DNA of 62,603 nt, counting the filler. It is 9 parts of 9 records of this genome, joined end to end, with 100 filler letters (N's around TTAATTAATTAA, not from the genome) between each part and the next. Parts side by side here need not be neighbours in the genome. Positions count along the whole stretch, not along the records: positions 29,770 to 47,538 come from SRR20825010_445; 8 more parts are not named here. One strand, written 5' to 3'. Both the position numbers and the translations under genes were made by a program. Positions within the stretch are counted from its first letter, which is position 1, and each line of letters starts with the position of its first letter. Positions 30,458 through 43,003 of the stretch are shown piece after piece. The notes beneath the pieces were generated by a model. That model was not told where the DNA came from and made no database searches. It saw nothing but the letters and a program-made list of their open reading frames with translations.

Positions 30458-31633
30458 ATGAGCAAGATCGAATTCAAAACAGCCAAACCCGGTCAATGGC
30501 TTGGCCTGTTGGGCGGTGGCCAATTGGGCCGCATGTTCTGCATGGCTGCGCAAAGCATGGGGTACCGCGTGCTGGTGCTCGACCCCGTGGCCAATGGCCC
30601 GGCCGGGTCTGTGGCTGACGACCAGGTGTTGGCTGATTACCTGGACGATCAAGGGCTGGCCAAGCTGGCTCAGCGTTGCGTGGGTGTTACCACTGAATTT
30701 GAGAATGTGCCTGCTTTGGCGCTCGATACCCTGTCCAAAAGCATTCCGGTCAGCCCGTCCGCTTTTTCCGTGGGTGTCGCGCAAAATCGCATTGAAGAAA
30801 AAGCCTACATCAGTGGTTGTGGCGTGCCTGTTGCACCGCATGCGGCCATTCGCAGCAAGGCTGACATCACAGACGCACTGGCTGATTTGTTGCCCGGAAT
30901 CTTGAAAACCGCACGCCTTGGCTACGATGGCAAAGGTCAGGTTCGCGTGAAAACGCTGGAAGACGTTCGGAAAGCCTTTGCTGAACTGAACGAAGTGGAA
31001 TGCGTGCTTGAAAAACGCCTTGCTTTGCAAAAAGAAATGTCGGTGATCGTTGCGCGCGATCACAAAGGTGAATGTGCCACCTTCCCCGTGGCGGAAAACC
31101 ACCACCGCAAGGGCATTCTGGCCACCACCATTGTGCCCGCCCGGATTGACGACGCCATGGCTGCCCAAGCCCGCGCCAATGCGATTGCAATTGCTGGCGC
31201 GCTTGATTACATCGGTGTGTTGTGTGTGGAATTTTTTGTGGTCGATGACTTGGGCCTGGTGGTCAATGAAATTGCGCCGCGCCCCCACAACAGCGGCCAT
31301 TACTCCATTGACGCCTGTGTAACCTGCCAATTTGAACAACAGGCCCGTGTACTGGCAGGTTTGCCCTTGGGCGACACCCGCCAGCACAGCCCGGCTGTCA
31401 TGGTGAATTTGCTGGGTGATCTTTGGTACGGCGAAGATGGCAGCGTGCGCGAACCTGCCTGGGAAAAAGTGCTGGCCATACCCGAAGTGAAGCTGCACTT
31501 GTATGGCAAAGAACAAGCCAGGGTGGGGCGCAAGATGGGACACATCACGGTGATTGCGGAATCCCTTGACCGAGCCCTGGCCGTTGCCCAAGAAGTGCGC
31601 GACATTCTGGGCATTGGCGATGACGACGACTGA
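30458..31633 (+). CDS. purK: N5-CAIR synthase
   Basis: LGGGQLGRM, TTEFENVP, GYDGKGQ, NEIAPRPHNSGH, HLYGK, RKMGH. Confidence 0.98.
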   Translation: MSKIEFKTAKPGQWLGLLGGGQLGRMFCMAAQSMGYRVLVLDPVANGPAGSVADDQVLADYLDDQGLAKLAQRCVGVTTEFENVPALALDTLSKSIPVSPSAFSVGVAQNRIEEKAYISGCGVPVAPHAAIRSKADITDALADLLPGILKTARLGYDGKGQVRVKTLEDVRKAFAELNEVECVLEKRLALQKEMSVIVARDHKGECATFPVAENHHRKGILATTIVPARIDDAMAAQARANAIAIAGALDYIGVLCVEFFVVDDLGLVVNEIAPRPHNSGHYSIDACVTCQFEQQARVLAGLPLGDTRQHSPAVMVNLLGDLWYGEDGSVREPAWEKVLAIPEVKLHLYGKEQARVGRKMGHITVIAESLDRALAVAQEVRDILGIGDDDD

Positions 31634-32651
31634 TTCACGCACGCAGCATGTGCATGCGGAATTACTGACAGCCAGTGATGCCCACATTCAACGCTGCGCG
31701 CTGGCCTTGCAACAAGGTCACTTGGTGGCTTTTCCAACAGAAACCGTGTTTGGTCTGGGTGCGGCTGTTACACAGCTGGGTGCTGTTGAAGGGATATTCA
31801 AAGCCAAGGGGCGACCCTCGGAACACCCACTGATTGCCCATGTGGCCCCCGGTGCGAATCTTCAAGGCTGGGTTGCAGAAGTAACACCCACCATGCAAAA
31901 GCTGATGGATGCCTTTTGGCCCGGCCCGCTTACCCTGGTGGTGCCCAAAGGTGAACGCATGCCGCTTGAAGTCACTGGCGGGCAGAATTCCGTGGGTATT
32001 CGCTGCCCATCGCACCCCGTGGCCATTGGGCTGCTGAAAGCAACCGGTGTGCCGGTGGCTGCACCTTCGGCCAACCGGTTTGGCAAGGTAAGCCCCACGC
32101 GCGCAAGCCATGTGCTGGCTGAATTGGGCGATCGAATTCCGTTCATTCTTGATGGTGGTGTGCCCGAAGTGGGTATTGAGTCCACCATCGTTTCACTGCT
32201 CAACGACCAACCCGCCATACTGCGACCCGGTGCCATTACGGCTGCGCAAATTGAAGCGGTGCTGGGTGTGCCCGTAAAAACCCATGGCGAGGTGTCGACA
32301 ACCCCCGGCGCTAATCCCCGGGTTTCAGGTGCGCTGGAAAAGCACTACAGCCCGGATGCGAAGGTGTGGGTATTGGAAGCCAGTGAATTGGTCGCATTGC
32401 CCGTTCAACACAAAACCTTGTGTGTGGGCTGGACCGATGCATTTCTGGCTCAGGCCGATGCACTGCGCGACCAACATGCCGATGTTTTGGTTGAAGCGCT
32501 GAACAACAACCCAGCTGACGTAGCCAAGGCACTGTACGCCACTTTGCGGCAGGCCGACGAATTGGCTTGCAAGCAGGTGTTATTTGAAAAACCCGAAGAA
32601 ACTACAGAATGGGAAGCGGTCAATGACCGGTTGAAACGCGCTTCCGCTTGA
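31620..32651 (+). CDS. tsaC: L-threonylcarbamoyladenylate synthase, Sua5 type
   Basis: VAFPTETVFGLGA, KGRP, FWPGPLT, AAPSAN, C-terminal HYSP..DRLKRAS. Confidence 0.93.
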   Translation: MTTTDSRTQHVHAELLTASDAHIQRCALALQQGHLVAFPTETVFGLGAAVTQLGAVEGIFKAKGRPSEHPLIAHVAPGANLQGWVAEVTPTMQKLMDAFWPGPLTLVVPKGERMPLEVTGGQNSVGIRCPSHPVAIGLLKATGVPVAAPSANRFGKVSPTRASHVLAELGDRIPFILDGGVPEVGIESTIVSLLNDQPAILRPGAITAAQIEAVLGVPVKTHGEVSTTPGANPRVSGALEKHYSPDAKVWVLEASELVALPVQHKTLCVGWTDAFLAQADALRDQHADVLVEALNNNPADVAKALYATLRQADELACKQVLFEKPEETTEWEAVNDRLKRASA

Positions 32652-32667
32652 ATTGACCGTTGTGGTT

Positions 32668-33047
32668 TTACATCTGCTGGGTTGGAATGTGTCCGCGCTG
32701 TTCGGCGATCACATTGTTGTCATCCACAAACACAAGCTTGGGCTGGAATGTTTTGCATTCCGTGTCGTCCAGCGTGCCATAGGCCGCAATAATCACCAAA
32801 TCACCTTTTTGGGCGCGGCGTGCAGCAGCGCCATTGAGGGAAATCATGCCGCTACCGCGTTCACCCTTGATGGCATAGGTTGAAAAACGCTCACCGTTGT
32901 CGATCACGTAAATATCAATGCGCTGGAATTCGATAATGCCGGAAGCGTCCAGCAGGTTTTCGTCAATCGCGCACGAGCCTTCGTAGTGAAGTTCGCAGTG
33001 GGTCACTTTGGCCCGGTGAATTTTACCGAGCAACATTTCACGTTGCA

Positions 33048-33048
<1 letters not shown>
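32668..33048 (-). CDS. panD: Aspartate 1-decarboxylase
   Basis: KIHRA, YEGS autocleavage site, [14 protein letters not shown]. Confidence 0.97.
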
Positions 33049-34737
<1,689 letters not shown>

Positions 34738-34769
34738 GGTGTGGGCTCTCGTGTTTTGGGTCTTGTGCG

Positions 34770-35417
34770 TTATTCAGACCAGTTGAAGAATTCGCGGCGG
34801 CCTTTCATGCCGTCGATCTGGTTCAACAGCAGCTCGAAGTCTTCTGAATGGTCAACCGGGTTCAAGTGCTCGGTGTTTACAATCAACAGGGGTGCGTCGT
34901 CGTAGTGGTAAAAGAAGCGGCTGTATGCATCGCTTAACTGCGACAGATAAGACTCGGTGATGTTGGCCTCGTAAGGCGTGGCGCGTTTTTGCACGCGTTC
35001 AATTAGCGCCTGCGGCGAAGCCTGCAGGTAAATGACCAAATCAGGCACGCTGGTTTGCGGGCGTTGGTGTTGGTAAATCTGCTGGTACAGTTTCAACTCT
35101 TCTTCGTCTAGCGTCAGGTTGGCGAACATGCGGTCTTTTTCCAGCAAAAAGTCGCTGATCACCATGTTCTCGAAAAAGTCGCGTTGGGTTAAATCCCGCA
35201 ACTGACCAATGCGCTGAAACAGAAAAAACAATTGCGTGGGCAGGGCATACCGGGCTGGTTCTTGGTAAAACTTTTCCAGAAACGGGTTGTCTTCAGGTTT
35301 TTCAAGCAGTAGTTCGGCCTGGAATCGCTGGGCGATCAAGCGGGCCAGCGAGGTTTTACCTACGCCGATGGGCCCTTCAATCACGATGTGGCGATACTTT
35401 TCTGACAACAAATTCAA
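34770..35417 (-). CDS. Deoxynucleoside kinase
   Basis: [33 protein letters not shown]. Confidence 0.92.
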   Translation of the reverse strand: MNLLSEKYRHIVIEGPIGVGKTSLARLIAQRFQAELLLEKPEDNPFLEKFYQEPARYALPTQLFFLFQRIGQLRDLTQRDFFENMVISDFLLEKDRMFANLTLDEEELKLYQQIYQHQRPQTSVPDLVIYLQASPQALIERVQKRATPYEANITESYLSQLSDAYSRFFYHYDDAPLLIVNTEHLNPVDHSEDFELLLNQIDGMKGRREFFNWSE

Positions 35418-35485
35418 TCTCCGGTGGGTGGCTTGCGTGCGGCCTCAGTGTAGCGCACGGGTGTAGCTGGTATTGGAAAAAAAGC

Positions 35486-35977
35486 TCAAATTGCCTTGAC
35501 GATCTGATCCTGTGTGGCGGGCAAATAATGCCGGGCGAAACCCAAAGCAGGAATTTGCACATTCGGGTTCAGTTGCAGCAGCGGTTCCAGCACAAAACGG
35601 CGCAGGTGCATGCGGGGGTGCGGCACTGTCAGGGTTGGCGTATTAACGGTTTGCTGACCAAACAAGAGCACATCCACATCAATGGGACGCGGGGCATTGC
35701 GCGTGGTGCGCACTCGGCCCAGTTGCGCTTCCAGGTCCAGGCAGGCTTCGAGCAATTCTTCGGCACTACCAAGCCATTGAATTTCCAGCACGGAATTGAC
35801 GTAATTCGGGCCAGTGGCATCCACCGGGGCGCTTTCATAGCGGGGTGATTCTTTGATATTCCGGGACAGCGGGTGGCACTGAAAATATTGCACCACCTCG
35901 TCGAACAGCGCCATGGGGTGGCCCAAATTGCCACCCAGACCCAAGTAACACGTGGTGCCATTGGAAGTACCGTTCAC
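35486..35977 (-). CDS. folK: HPPK (7,8-dihydro-6-hydroxymethylpterin pyrophosphokinase)
   Basis: YLGLGGNLG, PRPIDVDVL, LTVPHPRMHLRRFVLEPL. Confidence 0.95.
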   Translation of the reverse strand: MNGTSNGTTCYLGLGGNLGHPMALFDEVVQYFQCHPLSRNIKESPRYESAPVDATGPNYVNSVLEIQWLGSAEELLEACLDLEAQLGRVRTTRNAPRPIDVDVLLFGQQTVNTPTLTVPHPRMHLRRFVLEPLLQLNPNVQIPALGFARHYLPATQDQIVKAI

Positions 35978-37431
35978 TCGTCTTGCTGCCCTTGTTCAGC
36001 CGCGTCAGTGTTCTGGCCGCCTGTGCTGCTTTTGGGTTTTCTGCGGCGTCTTTTCTTCTTGGCCGTACCGTCTGTTCCGGCGGGTGTACCACGCAGGGCG
36101 TCCAGCATTTTCTCGCGGTTGTTCACTTCCCCGTCGCTGAATTCACGCCACCATTCGGCCAATTCCACGTCAGCGTCGATGTCACCCACCATGGCGCGCA
36201 GTTCATAGAAATCAAGCGACGCACGGAATTTTTGTTGTTCCAGCATGCGGAACGGTGCCTTGCCGGCACGTTTTTCAAAACGGGGCTGGAAGGCCCAAAT
36301 TTCACGCATATCGCCTGTCAGGCGGCGCGGAATGGCGGTGCGTTCGGCTTGCTCGGCCAGAACATCGTCCATGGCAGCAAACAGGGCGGGAAATTTCAAT
36401 TCGCCTTGCTCCAGTTTTTCTTCCCAGCTTTCCAAAACCAGGTGCCACAACAAACAGGCGAACAGGAAGCCAGGGCTGAGTGGTTTGCCTTCCTTGACGC
36501 GCTTGTCGGTGCGGGCCAGCGCCTCGGTCAGGAAAGGCTCGCCGCGCTCGTGTTCCAGAATGGCGTCGAGCAACGGAAACACGCCGTGGTGCAAGCCCGC
36601 CTCACGCAGACCCTTCAGGCAGGCCATGGCTGAACCGCTCATCAGCAGTTTCAGCATTTCATCAAACAGCCGGGAAGCCGGTACATTGCGCAGCAGGTCA
36701 GCCAGCTCCGCGATGGGTGCGTAAGTGGCTGGCTCAATGTCAAAGTTCAGCTTGGCGGCAAAGCGCACCACGCGCAGCATGCGCACCGGGTCTTCGCGAT
36801 AGCGCAGGCCGGGCTCGCCGATCATGCGCAGCAAATTGGCACGTAGGTCTTCCATGCCGTGGTGGTAGTCCCAAACGGTTTCAGTGCTGGGGTCGTAATA
36901 CATGGCGTTCACGGTGAAATCGCGACGCGATGCGTCTTCATCCTGACGGCCGAATTCATTGTCGCGAAGCACGCGGCCATGTTCGTCTTTCTCGTTGCTG
37001 GCACTGGCCATGGCACGGAAGGTCGATGTTTCAATGGTTTCCGGGCCGAACATCACGTGCACGATCTGGAAGCGACGCCCAATAACCCGCGCGCGGCGAA
37101 ACAGGCGCTGGGTTTGTTCCGGGCTGGCATCGGTGGCCACATCGAAATCTTTGGGGCGCATGCCCAGCAGCAAGTCGCGCACGGCACCGCCCACTACAAA
37201 GGCTTTGTAACCCTTGCTTTGCAGGGTTTCGCAAACGCGAATGGCGTTGTGGCTGACCAGTCGTTTGTCAATCTTGTGCTCGGCCACACCCCACACTTTG
37301 GGTTTGTGTACGCCATAGCTGGCTTTGACTTTTCTGGATTCGCCCATGTTCAGGTGGGCCGCCGGTTTCGGGGTTTCACGCCCCAATGTGGCGGGTTTTG
37401 AGAACATGCGTTTGAATAGTTTTTTGATCAT
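35974..37431 (-). CDS. pcnB: Poly(A) polymerase I
   Basis: VGGAVRDLLLG..PKDFDVAT, IGRRFQIVHV signature, RRDFTVNA, EDPVRMLR; upstream of folK. Confidence 0.96.
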   Translation of the reverse strand: MIKKLFKRMFSKPATLGRETPKPAAHLNMGESRKVKASYGVHKPKVWGVAEHKIDKRLVSHNAIRVCETLQSKGYKAFVVGGAVRDLLLGMRPKDFDVATDASPEQTQRLFRRARVIGRRFQIVHVMFGPETIETSTFRAMASASNEKDEHGRVLRDNEFGRQDEDASRRDFTVNAMYYDPSTETVWDYHHGMEDLRANLLRMIGEPGLRYREDPVRMLRVVRFAAKLNFDIEPATYAPIAELADLLRNVPASRLFDEMLKLLMSGSAMACLKGLREAGLHHGVFPLLDAILEHERGEPFLTEALARTDKRVKEGKPLSPGFLFACLLWHLVLESWEEKLEQGELKFPALFAAMDDVLAEQAERTAIPRRLTGDMREIWAFQPRFEKRAGKAPFRMLEQQKFRASLDFYELRAMVGDIDADVELAEWWREFSDGEVNNREKMLDALRGTPAGTDGTAKKKRRRRKPKSSTGGQNTDAAEQGQQDE

Positions 37432-38093
37432 TTGAACAACTCAAGTACGGGCCAGCCGCGGGCTTGCGCGATTTCTGTCAGTTTTTGATCGGGGTTTGCA
37501 GCCACGGGGTGGGTGACGCATTCCAGCAGGGGCAGGTCGTTAATCGAGTCGCTGTAAAAGTGGCTGCTCTCGAAGCTGTCCATGGTCCAGTGTTTTTCCG
37601 CCAGCCAGTCGTTCAGGCGTGTCACCTTGCCTTCCCGAAAGCTTGGCAAGCCGGCCACTTTGCCAGTGTATTCACCGTTCACCAGTTCAGGTTCGGTAGC
37701 AATCAAGGCTTCAATGCCAAAGGCCTGCGCGATGGGCTGGGTAATGAAGCTGTTGGTGGCTGTGATGATCACGCACACCGCATTGTCGGCCTGATGCTTT
37801 TTAACAAGTTCCAGTGCGCCGGGCTTGATGTTGGGGCGAATCACTTCGGCCATGAATTCATGGTGCCAAGTTGCCAGTTGTGTGCGTTTGTTGTCGCGCA
37901 GTGGGCGCAGCTGGAAGTCGAGAAATTCATCAATGTTCAAGGTGCCAGCTTTGTAGTCGGCATAGAACTGATCATTTCTGGCTTCAAATTCAGCGCGGTC
38001 CAGTACCCCTTTGTTGATAAGGAATTGCGACCAGCCGTGGTCGGAATCAATGGGCAACAGGGTGTTGTCCAGGTCAAACAGTGCGAGTTTCAT
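37428..38093 (-). CDS. HAD-IB (SerB-like) hydrolase
   Basis: LFDLDNTL, ITAT, FYSDSINDLPLL, ANPD. Confidence 0.9.
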   Translation of the reverse strand: MKLALFDLDNTLLPIDSDHGWSQFLINKGVLDRAEFEARNDQFYADYKAGTLNIDEFLDFQLRPLRDNKRTQLATWHHEFMAEVIRPNIKPGALELVKKHQADNAVCVIITATNSFITQPIAQAFGIEALIATEPELVNGEYTGKVAGLPSFREGKVTRLNDWLAEKHWTMDSFESSHFYSDSINDLPLLECVTHPVAANPDQKLTEIAQARGWPVLELFK

Positions 38094-38775
38094 ATTCTCG
38101 AATTACCAGACTTTCTCGTCGTTTCATCCAGTGTCGCAGCAAATTCACGCTCACTGGTTTTTGTTGTTCAAGGGAAAAGCGATCCAGCCCATCCATCACC
38201 GCCATCAGCGAACCCATGTCACGCTGAAAATAACGCAGAGCGTATTCAATCACTTCCTCGCTAAGCTGCAGGCCGCGCGATGTTGCCATGGCTTGCAGGG
38301 CTTCGTATTTTTCGTTGTCGCTCAAGGGCTGCACGCGCAGGCACAGGCCTGCTTCAATGCGCGTGCGCAAGTCGTCTCGCAGCTTTAATTCTGCCGTTGG
38401 AAACCCGCTTGCCAAAATGATTTTACCGGGTTTGTTCTCTGCCAGGCTTGAATTGAAGGCGTTGAACAGTTGCACCTGTGAATAAGGGGTCAGTTGTTCG
38501 ACATTATCGATCACCAAAGCCTGTTCGCTGGGCTTGAACACAAAGCGGTTGTTGCCTGCCACCACATTCACGCCCAGTTCTGCCGCTACACCCCGCAACA
38601 AGTGGCTTTTTCCGCAACCGGGTGGGCCGTACATATAAATAAAGGGGCTGGTGCCTTGTTTACCACGCAATTGCTGCAACTCGTGCACAAGCTGACCATT
38701 CTGCCCCACCAGAAAGTTGGACAGCGTGGGCCTTGGGGGCGTGAAGACATCGAGAAGCAACTGTTGCATGGGCAT
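38074..38775 (-). CDS. hda: DnaA regulatory inactivator Hda (start uncertain)
   Basis: Clamp motif QLLLD, NFLVGQN, GPPGCGKSHLL, DLRTR; divergent from purM. Confidence 0.9.
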   Translation of the reverse strand: MPMQQLLLDVFTPPRPTLSNFLVGQNGQLVHELQQLRGKQGTSPFIYMYGPPGCGKSHLLRGVAAELGVNVVAGNNRFVFKPSEQALVIDNVEQLTPYSQVQLFNAFNSSLAENKPGKIILASGFPTAELKLRDDLRTRIEAGLCLRVQPLSDNEKYEALQAMATSRGLQLSEEVIEYALRYFQRDMGSLMAVMDGLDRFSLEQQKPVSVNLLRHWMKRRESLVIREYETRTV

Positions 38776-38927
38776 TGCCAAAGCGGGGGGAGAATCAAGC
38801 AGCCCCCAATAATACCCTTGAATGGCACTTTTTAAGCCTTGTCTCGGTTAAAATAGGCCCACTCGCGCTTGCGGCCCAAAACCTGATGCAAGCACCTCAG
38901 CCCCACAATTTTTCGGATTGAATTTCA

Positions 38928-39968
38928 ATGAATTCTCCCTTGACCTACAAAGACGCTGGCGTCGACATGCAAGCCGGCGACGATCTGGTAGATGCCATCA
39001 AACCCTTGGCTAAACGCACCATGCGCCCCGGCGTGTTGGCAGGTATTGGCGGTTTTGGTGCCATGTTTGAAGTGCCCAAGGGCTTTAAAGAGCCCGTGCT
39101 GGTTTCCGGCACTGACGGTGTGGGCACCAAGCTGCGCCTGGCCTTTGAATGGAATATTCACAACACGGTGGGCATTGATTTGGTGGCCATGAGCGCCAAT
39201 GACATTCTGGTGCAGGGTGCTGAGCCCCTGTACTTCCTCGACTATTTCGCGTGTGGCAAGCTTGATGTAAAAACAGCAGCCAGCGTGGTGGGCGGCATCG
39301 CTTACGGTTGTGAACAGGCGGGTTGCGCACTGATCGGCGGCGAAACGGCGGAAATGCCTGGCATGTACCCCGACGGTGAATACGACCTGGCCGGTTTTGC
39401 AGTGGGCATTGTTGAAAAGTCTGAAATTCTGGATGCCAGCAAAGTGAAAGCGGGCGACATTATTCTTGGCCTGGCTTCTAATGGCATTCATTCCAATGGT
39501 TTTTCACTGGTGCGCAAAATTCTGGAACGTGCGCAACCTGATTTGAACCAGCTGTGCGATGGTATCCCGCTGCGTGAAGCCATTATGGCTCCCACACGCA
39601 TGTACGTAAAACCTGTGCTTGAGCTGATCAAGAAAGTACCTGTGCATGCATTGGCCCACATCACTGGCGGTGGTCTGGTTGAAAACATTCCCCGTGTATT
39701 GCCAGACAACCTGGTGGCCGAACTGGACCGTGGTACATGGCCGGAAACCGAGCTGTTCAAGTGGCTGCAGGAAAACGGCCAGGTACCGTTTGATGAAATG
39801 AACCGTGTGTTCAACTGCGGCATTGGCATGATTGTCGTGTTGCCGGCAGAACAAGCCACGGCTGCCATGGATTTATTGGGTGCGGCTGGTGAAAAGGTTT
39901 ACCAGGTTGGTGTGGTGCGTCCGCGTGCTGAGGGTGAAGCGCATACGATCGTGAAGGCTGCAAAGTAA
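38928..39968 (+). CDS. purM: AIR synthase
   Basis: [45 protein letters not shown]. Confidence 0.98.
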   Translation: MNSPLTYKDAGVDMQAGDDLVDAIKPLAKRTMRPGVLAGIGGFGAMFEVPKGFKEPVLVSGTDGVGTKLRLAFEWNIHNTVGIDLVAMSANDILVQGAEPLYFLDYFACGKLDVKTAASVVGGIAYGCEQAGCALIGGETAEMPGMYPDGEYDLAGFAVGIVEKSEILDASKVKAGDIILGLASNGIHSNGFSLVRKILERAQPDLNQLCDGIPLREAIMAPTRMYVKPVLELIKKVPVHALAHITGGGLVENIPRVLPDNLVAELDRGTWPETELFKWLQENGQVPFDEMNRVFNCGIGMIVVLPAEQATAAMDLLGAAGEKVYQVGVVRPRAEGEAHTIVKAAK

Positions 39969-40044
39969 GCAGCAATCAATTAAACCTGAACCAGTCCAAT
40001 TCGCTTGGCTGGTTCGCCCGAAAATCCCCTTTCTTTCCAAACTC

Positions 40045-41130
40045 TCAGTTCAACCGTTCAAGCGCCCAATCAATGTGCTCGGTCAAAAACGCATCAGCAC
40101 TGGCCCGCATGCCAAGAAGTGCGTCTCGAATACCCGCAACCCCCACGCTGTTGCCTGCGGCCACGGCCAAATTCCTTCTAAACCGTTTGTAGCCAATTCG
40201 CCGAATGGCACTGCCCTCGGTACGTTTTAAAAACTCTTCCTCGGTCCAGCGCATCATGGCAAACCAGTCCGGCTGATCAAATTCCTCTCGCGGATTGAAA
40301 TCTGCGTATTCTGCCGGCTTTGCAAATTTGTTCCAGGGGCAGGCCAGTTGGCAGTCGTCACAGCCGTAAATACGGGTGCCAACCAGTGGGCGCAGTTCAA
40401 CGGGTATTGCGCTGTCGTGCTCAATGGTCAAATACGAAATGCAACGCCGGGCATCCACCAGGTAGGGCTTCACAATGGCGCGGGTAGGGCACACGGTCAT
40501 GCAGCTGCTGCAACTGCCGCAGTGGTTCTTTTCAAACGCATCGCTCACCGGCAGTGGCATGTTGGTGAACACCTCGCCCAGGAAAAAAAGCGAACCTTCA
40601 TCCGGGTGAATAAGCAAGGTGTGTTTGCCCCGCCAGCCCAGGCCAGCCTTGCGAGCAATTTCCACTTCAGCTGTGGGCGCGCTGTCCACGGCCACTCGAA
40701 ACCCGTAGCCGCCCACCTGGGTATTCACCGCATCGGCGAATCGTTTTAATCGCTGGCGAATCACCTTGTGGTAATCCCGCCCCCGGGCATACAAACTGAC
40801 ATAGGGTTTGTCGCAGGCCTCAATTTCACTCAGGGTTTTCTCGGTGAATGTCGCCGCATCGGGCTGGTTCAGCGTTGTTACAGGTACGTAGGGTACGCGC
40901 AGTGATACGATTCGAATCGCACCGGGAAACACCGTGTCGGCATTCAGGCGGTTCAGTCCATGGCGTTCCATGTAAGCCATCTCGCCGTGCATGCCCGCGT
41001 TGAGCCAAGCCTGCAAATGGGGTTCGCAGGCCTGTAAATTGGTGTCGCTCACGCCCATGCAGCCCAAGCCCTGTGCTTTGGCTACACTTTGCAACAATGC
41101 CCAGTTCTCTTGTTCCTGATGAGCCTGCAT
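40045..41130 (-). CDS. queG: tRNA epoxyqueuosine reductase
   Basis: YARGRDYH, VDSAP, CGSCSSCMTVCPT, CISYLTIE, GCDDCQLACPWN. Confidence 0.96.
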   Translation of the reverse strand: MQAHQEQENWALLQSVAKAQGLGCMGVSDTNLQACEPHLQAWLNAGMHGEMAYMERHGLNRLNADTVFPGAIRIVSLRVPYVPVTTLNQPDAATFTEKTLSEIEACDKPYVSLYARGRDYHKVIRQRLKRFADAVNTQVGGYGFRVAVDSAPTAEVEIARKAGLGWRGKHTLLIHPDEGSLFFLGEVFTNMPLPVSDAFEKNHCGSCSSCMTVCPTRAIVKPYLVDARRCISYLTIEHDSAIPVELRPLVGTRIYGCDDCQLACPWNKFAKPAEYADFNPREEFDQPDWFAMMRWTEEEFLKRTEGSAIRRIGYKRFRRNLAVAAGNSVGVAGIRDALLGMRASADAFLTEHIDWALERLN

Positions 41131-41626
41131 GAAAACCTATACCCGCTATTTACCTGATGACGCCGCAACCCACAGTGTAGGGGAAAAGCTGGCGCAACTT
41201 GTCCAGGCACCGCTTCGCATCTATCTTTCCGGGCCTTTGGGCGCCGGTAAAACGGCCTTGGTGCGCGCGTTTTTACGGACCTTGGGGGTACAGGGCGCGG
41301 TCAAAAGCCCCAGCTATGCGTTGGTAGAACCTTACATTTTCTCGAATTATTCTGTGTATCACTTTGATTTTTATCGATTCTTCGATCAGAATGAATGGCA
41401 AGAGTCCGGGTTCCGCGATTATTTTGAGGAAAATGCCGTCTGTTTGGTCGAATGGCCAGAGAAAGCCGGTGGTTTACTGCCCCAAGCGGATCTTGAAATC
41501 GAGCTGAGTTATCAGCTTGACGACAAGCCCGAAGCCAGTCCTGAAACAGCAGGCCGGCGCATTGAAGTGAACGCCCTTTCGCCGAAAGGGCAGGTGCTGA
41601 TAGAACAACTGAGCAAACAACAATAG
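41129..41626 (+). CDS. tsaE: t6A biosynthesis ATPase TsaE
   Basis: GPLGAGKT, VKSPSYALVEPY, HFDFYR, VEWPE. Confidence 0.96.
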   Translation: MKTYTRYLPDDAATHSVGEKLAQLVQAPLRIYLSGPLGAGKTALVRAFLRTLGVQGAVKSPSYALVEPYIFSNYSVYHFDFYRFFDQNEWQESGFRDYFEENAVCLVEWPEKAGGLLPQADLEIELSYQLDDKPEASPETAGRRIEVNALSPKGQVLIEQLSKQQ

Positions 41627-41629
41627 CCT

Positions 41630-42973
41630 ATGAATTCGCGTCGCGACTTGTTGAAAACCGTTGGGGCTGGAATGCTCCTGAAGCTGATCCCGGTGGGTGC
41701 CTTGGCGGCCGACCTGGTGAAGTTTGTTGATGTGCGCCTGTGGCCCGCCGATGAATACACACGGGTCACGCTAGAGCATGCTGGCGCCATCAAGTACAAA
41801 CACTTCCTGATTGAAAACCCTTGGCGCATGGTGATCGACCTGCTCGACATGCGGCTCGACAGCACCCTGAAAGACCTTACCAGCCGCTTGCAGGCTGACG
41901 ATCCTTATGTGCAACAAATTCGTGTTGCGCAGTACGATGCCAACACCGTGCGCTTGGTGTTCGACCTGAAAACCGAAGTGAAGCCGGAAATATTCACGAT
42001 CGACCCGATTGCGGAATACAAAAACCGCTTTGTGGTCGATTTTTACCCCAAGAACCCGACAGACCCATTGCTGGCCTTGTTAAAAAAGCCAGAAGACCCA
42101 GCCATGCGGGAGGATGAAATTTCCCGCGCTCTGCGTCTGGCTGAATCTGAAACCAATGGTGCCTTCAAGCTGGAAGGCATGGGCCCCGAAAAATCAACAA
42201 AAACCGATGTGGCCAAGGCCAAGCCCAATGCACCAGTGGACAGCAAACCGGCACTGGAAATGAAACGCATGTTCACCGTGGCCATCGACCCCGGGCATGG
42301 TGGTGAAGACCCGGGTGCCGTGGGCAAAGGCGGAACCTACGAGAAAAACGTGGTGCTGGCCATCAGCAAAAAACTGAAAGCCGAAATTGACAAAATGCCG
42401 GGTATGCGCGCCATGCTGACCCGCAATGGCGACTTTTTTGTACCCCTGAATACGCGTGTGCAGAAGGCCCGCAGCGTGAATGCCGACCTGTTCGTGTCGG
42501 TGCATGCCGATGCCTTCATACGCCCCACTGCGGGTGGCTCATCGGTCTATGTGCTGTCCGAGAGGGGCGCCACAAGCACCGCCGCCAAGTGGATTGCCAA
42601 CAAGGAAAACGCATCCGATTTGATCGGTGGCGTGAATATCAAAGGCACCGATGCACAACTGGCAAGGGTTTTACTCGATTTGTCCACCACTGCGCAAATC
42701 AACGACAGCTTGAAATTAGGCGATGCCGTGCTGGCCAATTTGGGCAAGGTCAACCGCCTGCACAAACCCAGGGTAGAGCAGGCAGGGTTTGCGGTGTTGA
42801 AGGCGCCAGACATTCCATCCATATTGATTGAAACAGCCTTCATCAGTAACCCGGCCGAAGAAAAGAAGCTGGCCAATTCTGCGCATCAGCAAGAACTGGC
42901 CGAAGCCATCGCACAGGGCATCGCCAAATACTTTGCCAAGAACCCGCCTGTGGCCCGCAACCCGCTTACGTAA
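41630..42973 (+). CDS. amiC: N-acetylmuramoyl-L-alanine amidase, Tat-exported, AMIN domain
   Basis: SRRDLLK twin-Arg signal, YTRVTLE, IDPGHGGEDPGA, SVHADA, ETAFISN. Confidence 0.92.
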   Translation: MNSRRDLLKTVGAGMLLKLIPVGALAADLVKFVDVRLWPADEYTRVTLEHAGAIKYKHFLIENPWRMVIDLLDMRLDSTLKDLTSRLQADDPYVQQIRVAQYDANTVRLVFDLKTEVKPEIFTIDPIAEYKNRFVVDFYPKNPTDPLLALLKKPEDPAMREDEISRALRLAESETNGAFKLEGMGPEKSTKTDVAKAKPNAPVDSKPALEMKRMFTVAIDPGHGGEDPGAVGKGGTYEKNVVLAISKKLKAEIDKMPGMRAMLTRNGDFFVPLNTRVQKARSVNADLFVSVHADAFIRPTAGGSSVYVLSERGATSTAAKWIANKENASDLIGGVNIKGTDAQLARVLLDLSTTAQINDSLKLGDAVLANLGKVNRLHKPRVEQAGFAVLKAPDIPSILIETAFISNPAEEKKLANSAHQQELAEAIAQGIAKYFAKNPPVARNPLT

Positions 42974-43003
42974 ATTGGGTGCTTAGCCACTTATAATGGG
43001 CGG

